A stretch of DNA of 29,823 bases from an uncultured Desulfobacterales bacterium (GTDB lineage Bacteria > Desulfobacterota > Desulfobacteria > Desulfobacterales > JAHEIW01), in the NCBI GenBank assembly GCA_964545505.1, contig CAZJHF010000004.1:1-29823 (forward strand), read 5' to 3'. The translations under genes and the position numbers were made by a program. The notes beneath the pieces were generated by a model that saw only the letters and a program-made list of their open reading frames with translations, searched no databases and was not told the origin of the DNA. Positions 26,121-29,823 of the stretch are shown here, in pieces. Each line of letters begins with the position of its first letter. The first letter of the stretch is position 1.

Positions 26121-29100
26121 TCACGCATCCGGGTCTTTGGGTGCGACCGCTGAAGGTTTAGCTTCATCTGTACCGGTGGGTTCGGATACCACCCGCACGT
26201 TCAGCGGACCGGTTGCATCCAGGTGCACATCACGCTGCGGAAAAGATATCACGATACCGGCCTCAGCGAACTTTTGATTGATGGCCCTGTGCAGCTCTGT
26301 GGTGGTTGGGACCCGAACATCGATGGAACCCAGGTAAGCGCGCAGCAGCAACGTCAGGGAATTGTCTCCAAAACCCTCAAAGCTTGTAAGGGGTTGGGGG
26401 TCATCGAGGACATGTTCATGCTCTTCGGCCGCTTCTTGCATCAGCGCAAGGGCCTTGTCGACGTTGCTTCCATAAGCCACCCCGACTGTGATCACAATCC
26501 GCGTCGTCTGGTCGGACAGAGACCAGTTGAGCAGCCGGCCGGTGATGAACTCCTTGTTGGGCACCAGCAGCTCTTTACGGTCCCAGTTGCGGATGGTGGT
26601 GGCCCGGATGCGGATTTTGGTTACGACCCCATCGGTGGTGCCGATGGTGACAACATCACCGACGCGAATCGGACGCTCAAACAGGATGATCAGTCCGCAG
26701 ATGAAGTTGGCCACGATTTCCTGCAATCCAAAGCCAATGCCCACCCCCAGGGCGGCCACCAGCCACTGCAGACTCGACCAGCGAATACCCACGGTGTTCA
26801 AAGCAATCACAATTCCCACTGCGGTTAGGGTGTATCGGCAGATGGCAACGTAAGCATAGCGGGCGCCAGGGTCCATCGGCAATCGATTCAACAGAATCAT
26901 TTCGAGCAATCCCGGCAGATTCCGAACGGCGATAACGGTGATCGCAATCACAATAGCGGCAATGGCGATATTGGCCAGTGTGATTGTATTTAGCTGGGTG
27001 GCGCCGTCGACAACAGTAGTGTAGCTCCACAGTTTAATATTCTGCAAAAATCCAAAAGCCGGGAAAACCGGCTCCCAGATGGCCCACAATCCAACAAAGC
27101 CAAGGATGTAAATGACCGTTTTAAGAAGGGTGCGGGTCTGGTCATCAATGGTGCCCATGCCCATGGTGGATTCCATTATAGATGATGGATCTTCTCCGGT
27201 TGCAGGGGGCGCTGCGCCGGAATCGAGGTCGGATATCTTCTGTTTTTGTTGTTGCTGTGCTAAGCGGGCTTTTTTCAACGTCAGTTTGCGGCGCGTCAGC
27301 ATAAGAAACCTGAGCACCAGATCGTTTAAAACGATCAGACCGATGATCAGCACTACCTCTAAACGAATTAAATTACGGATTTCAATCGCTGAATAATAAT
27401 ACCCTTGAACCGCAAGATAGATAACCAACAAAGGTACAGCGACCACCAGCGGGTACCACACATATCGCAGCCGGACCAGCCAGCTTTTGGGATATTTCTG
27501 AATCAACACGGATGTCATTCCGCCCTTGAAGTGCAAAACCCGGGCACTAAATAAAGCGATGGCAGCAGCTAATCCAATAAGTGCGAATTTGGCAAGCGGG
27601 TCACTGGACTCGGTGTCGGGCACTGACTCCATGGCGGCCAGAAAGAAGTTGCATGTCAGGACGATCGGCATGATCCAGCTAAGATTACTTCTGAGAACTC
27701 GGCGGACAGGTTCAGACCAGCGAAAGTGCACCTGTGCCAGACCATTTTTGCGGCAGATATAGTATAGCAGATTTAGCCAGAGCAGGGCTTGAGCAACGGC
27801 AAGCAGACCACTGGCCATCGCCCGGGTAAAGGGTTGTACCTGTCGCAGGTTTAATATCACAATCGCAGGAAACGCCAGGATGAACGGCCAGACGATCGCC
27901 AGCAGGACGGTAAACCCCAGTGCTTTGAATGTCAGAGAGATTGAATCCTGCAACGGTTGCTGTTGCACGCGCGCATTGATATCCCTTATTTTTTGGCGTT
28001 CCCGCTGCCGGGCCACCGCCAGAATTAGCACCATGATAATTCCGAGGACCCAAAAAATCCCATCTTTTTGCAATGAAAGACTTACATCCCGGGATAATTG
28101 ACGCCAGGATGCCGGTTCGAAGAACCACCCGAAGGCAAACGTTAATCTGGGCAGGTCCGATGTGTTCAGGCGTTTTGAGCTGCGAATCCAGAGCAGATGG
28201 CGATCAAGCAATTCACCGAAATTTTTGGCTGTGCTGGCAATCTTTTGGGCGCTAAACTCGATATCCTGCATCAATTTGAAGATCCGGTTATAGCCGGATT
28301 TCAATCTTTCAACGATATCGATGCGATTGGCGATCAATTGCTGGATTTTTAAATCAAGTGACTGCCGGTCGACATCCGATAGATCGCCGACCGAACCCAT
28401 CAAGCGATTTAGCATGGCCTTGGGAGCTGAAAGTTTACGCAGCATTTGATCCAAAGCAATCTGCTTTTCGCTGATTTCGCTCATTCTACTCTGGCGGGCT
28501 TTGGAATCCTCGCTAAACAAATCTGCTGTCGGCAGATTTAGACGCTGTGTGCGCAACGCCAGTCCGATGGCTCCGGTTAATGCAGTTGTTTCAACTCTTT
28601 TCTTGGCAGTTTCAAAATCCGTTTCCAGTGCCTCTAGACGGGATTGATGTTCTTTATAGTTTCCGGTGAGTATCGCTTCTTCCTGGGTGATCTCTTCCAT
28701 CTCGGTACTCAGTTCAATGTTAATGTCAAACTGGTCCTGGAGAATCTTGGGTAGCTCGGGCGCCTCGATCATGGCCTCCTGGGCTTCCTTCCGGGATTGA
28801 ACAGCATCCTGGCGGCGACGTTTCTGAACTTCGGTCTGCCAGATGTTCAGTATTTTTGTGCGGCTCCCCACCGCTTTCTGAGCGACATCGCGCTCCAGGC
28901 TGAGCAATTCGGCCACCAGATTATGGCTGCGTTGGCGCAGCTCGTTCAATTTGCTCTCCGCTGTTAATTTTTCCCGTTCGGACTTGAGGCTTAGCACCTT
29001 GGCATAATTGCGTATATCGGTCTCGGTAACATCTGTTCGTTTTGCCAGTTCTGCTTGAATTTCATTGAGCCGGCTGGAGGCGGTCGCAAGCTGCTGAGGT

Positions 29101-29606
29101 GTTCGCTTAACGCTGTTCTTTTCCTCTGTTAAGCGCTCATTCCATTCTCGCAGCTTACTTTGCGCTTTGGCGAGCTCGGCATCTACCTGGTGGCGTCGCT
29201 GTTCAAGCTTTAAGGTGTCCATTTGTTGCGCTTGTTTTTCGACTTCTCCAGGTGTTGACAACGGTTTTTTCAGCTCAGCCCGCAACGATTTGATGCGCTC
29301 GGGGGCTGTCTGGATGAGCTGTGAGCGTTCACGTGTCGTTTTGTTGGCACCTTTAGCCAGAGTCAGATCGGCAATCGCCTGGTCTATATCCTTCAGGCTG
29401 TCAGCTTTAATCGCCGCATCGATATCGGTCATTTTTTCGACAAGCTGGCGCCTGGTTTTCAGTTCGTCGATCGCTATGTCTTCAGAAAGCGCAACCGTGT
29501 CCTTGGAAGATGTGCTCTGCTGCGCCTGAATCTCCGCTACCGTCGCCAGCAGTCCAATTAAAACAACCATCAGAAAGGCACCGGTCTTTTTTAAAAAGTG
29601 CTGCAT
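26121..29606 (-). CDS. MscK/KefA-like large mechanosensitive channel (MscS family)
   Basis: Signal peptide, long coiled-coil periplasmic region and multiple TM helices, followed by the MscS core ALGVGIGFGLQEIVANFICGLIILFERPIRVGD and VPNKEFIT. The true start is probably ATG 29606 (MQHFLKK) with AGGAG immediately upstream, not 29732. Confidence 0.93.
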   Translation of the reverse strand: MQHFLKKTGAFLMVVLIGLLATVAEIQAQQSTSSKDTVALSEDIAIDELKTRRQLVEKMTDIDAAIKADSLKDIDQAIADLTLAKGANKTTRERSQLIQTAPERIKSLRAELKKPLSTPGEVEKQAQQMDTLKLEQRRHQVDAELAKAQSKLREWNERLTEEKNSVKRTPQQLATASSRLNEIQAELAKRTDVTETDIRNYAKVLSLKSEREKLTAESKLNELRQRSHNLVAELLSLERDVAQKAVGSRTKILNIWQTEVQKRRRQDAVQSRKEAQEAMIEAPELPKILQDQFDINIELSTEMEEITQEEAILTGNYKEHQSRLEALETDFETAKKRVETTALTGAIGLALRTQRLNLPTADLFSEDSKARQSRMSEISEKQIALDQMLRKLSAPKAMLNRLMGSVGDLSDVDRQSLDLKIQQLIANRIDIVERLKSGYNRIFKLMQDIEFSAQKIASTAKNFGELLDRHLLWIRSSKRLNTSDLPRLTFAFGWFFEPASWRQLSRDVSLSLQKDGIFWVLGIIMVLILAVARQRERQKIRDINARVQQQPLQDSISLTFKALGFTVLLAIVWPFILAFPAIVILNLRQVQPFTRAMASGLLAVAQALLWLNLLYYICRKNGLAQVHFRWSEPVRRVLRSNLSWIMPIVLTCNFFLAAMESVPDTESSDPLAKFALIGLAAAIALFSARVLHFKGGMTSVLIQKYPKSWLVRLRYVWYPLVVAVPLLVIYLAVQGYYYSAIEIRNLIRLEVVLIIGLIVLNDLVLRFLMLTRRKLTLKKARLAQQQQKQKISDLDSGAAPPATGEDPSSIMESTMGMGTIDDQTRTLLKTVIYILGFVGLWAIWEPVFPAFGFLQNIKLWSYTTVVDGATQLNTITLANIAIAAIVIAITVIAVRNLPGLLEMILLNRLPMDPGARYAYVAICRYTLTAVGIVIALNTVGIRWSSLQWLVAALGVGIGFGLQEIVANFICGLIILFERPIRVGDVVTIGTTDGVVTKIRIRATTIRNWDRKELLVPNKEFITGRLLNWSLSDQTTRIVITVGVAYGSNVDKALALMQEAAEEHEHVLDDPQPLTSFEGFGDNSLTLLLRAYLGSIDVRVPTTTELHRAINQKFAEAGIVISFPQRDVHLDATGPLNVRVVSEPTGTDEAKPSAVAPKDPDA

Positions 29607-29823
29607 ATCTCTCCTTCGAACACAATTGCGGCAATGCTGTTCTATAATGAGTTGTTGAGGGGGACCGTTGAAAATCCTAAAAACTTTAATAGTAATAAAT
29701 GTGGATGTCAAACGAATCCGTTGAAAAGGCATTCATTCGGAGACAGAAAAGGCAGCCGATAGTAAAAAATGCTATTTTAGAATGAAATTCAGTTATTTAA
29801 AGTATAATAATCAAGTTATACTT

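Noticed and set aside
26223-27396. Long plus-strand ORFs (201, 121, 117 and 94 aa) opposite the MscK-like gene, and similar shadow ORFs across the window
   Set aside because: They are antisense or out-of-frame shadows of well-supported genes, with no motifs or RBS.
29607-29732. ORF-track N-terminal extension of the MscK-like gene
   Set aside because: The signal peptide and AGGAG RBS indicate a start at ATG 29606.
1-29823. tRNA, rRNA, transposase, integrase or prophage genes
   Set aside because: No cloverleaf, rRNA-like segment, DDE/HUH/tyrosine-recombinase motif or phage structural gene was recognised by eye. tRNAscan-SE and Infernal would be needed to exclude small RNAs.

Overview
A 29.8-kb, gene-dense bacterial chromosomal segment. 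Gene content and protein style suggest Desulfobacterales/Desulfobacterota; this is inference, not a database result. Most of it is housekeeping: 5'-truncated purC, a divergent second EF-G, the conserved xseA-xseB-ispA-dxs-tlyA cluster, a BI-1/YccA membrane protein, glmM, a methionine aminotransferase and an MscK-like channel. No tRNA, rRNA, CRISPR array, transposase or integrase was recognised. Three things deserve follow-up. (1) An orphan ParB-like gene is tightly linked to a spore-photoproduct-lyase-like radical SAM gene with a non-Bacillus active site, directly behind purC. (2) Five intergenic palindromes from four unrelated sequence families share one design: an arm of 7-, 8- or 9-bp tandem micro-repeats, a unique 15-57 nt spacer, and an inverted arm. 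Two small genes (thermonuclease, NUDIX) are each bracketed by such elements in the same arrangement. (3) A GlmU-like protein lacks the uridyltransferase domain and has Ser at the catalytic His position; it lies between a divergent NDP-sugar dehydrogenase and glmM. An accessory stretch (17.5-21.6 kb) adds an orphan response regulator, an exported protein with an unrecognised duplicated 60-aa domain, a two-TM orphan and an ExeA-OmpA fusion. All motif alignments were done by eye against remembered reference sequences; no searches were run.
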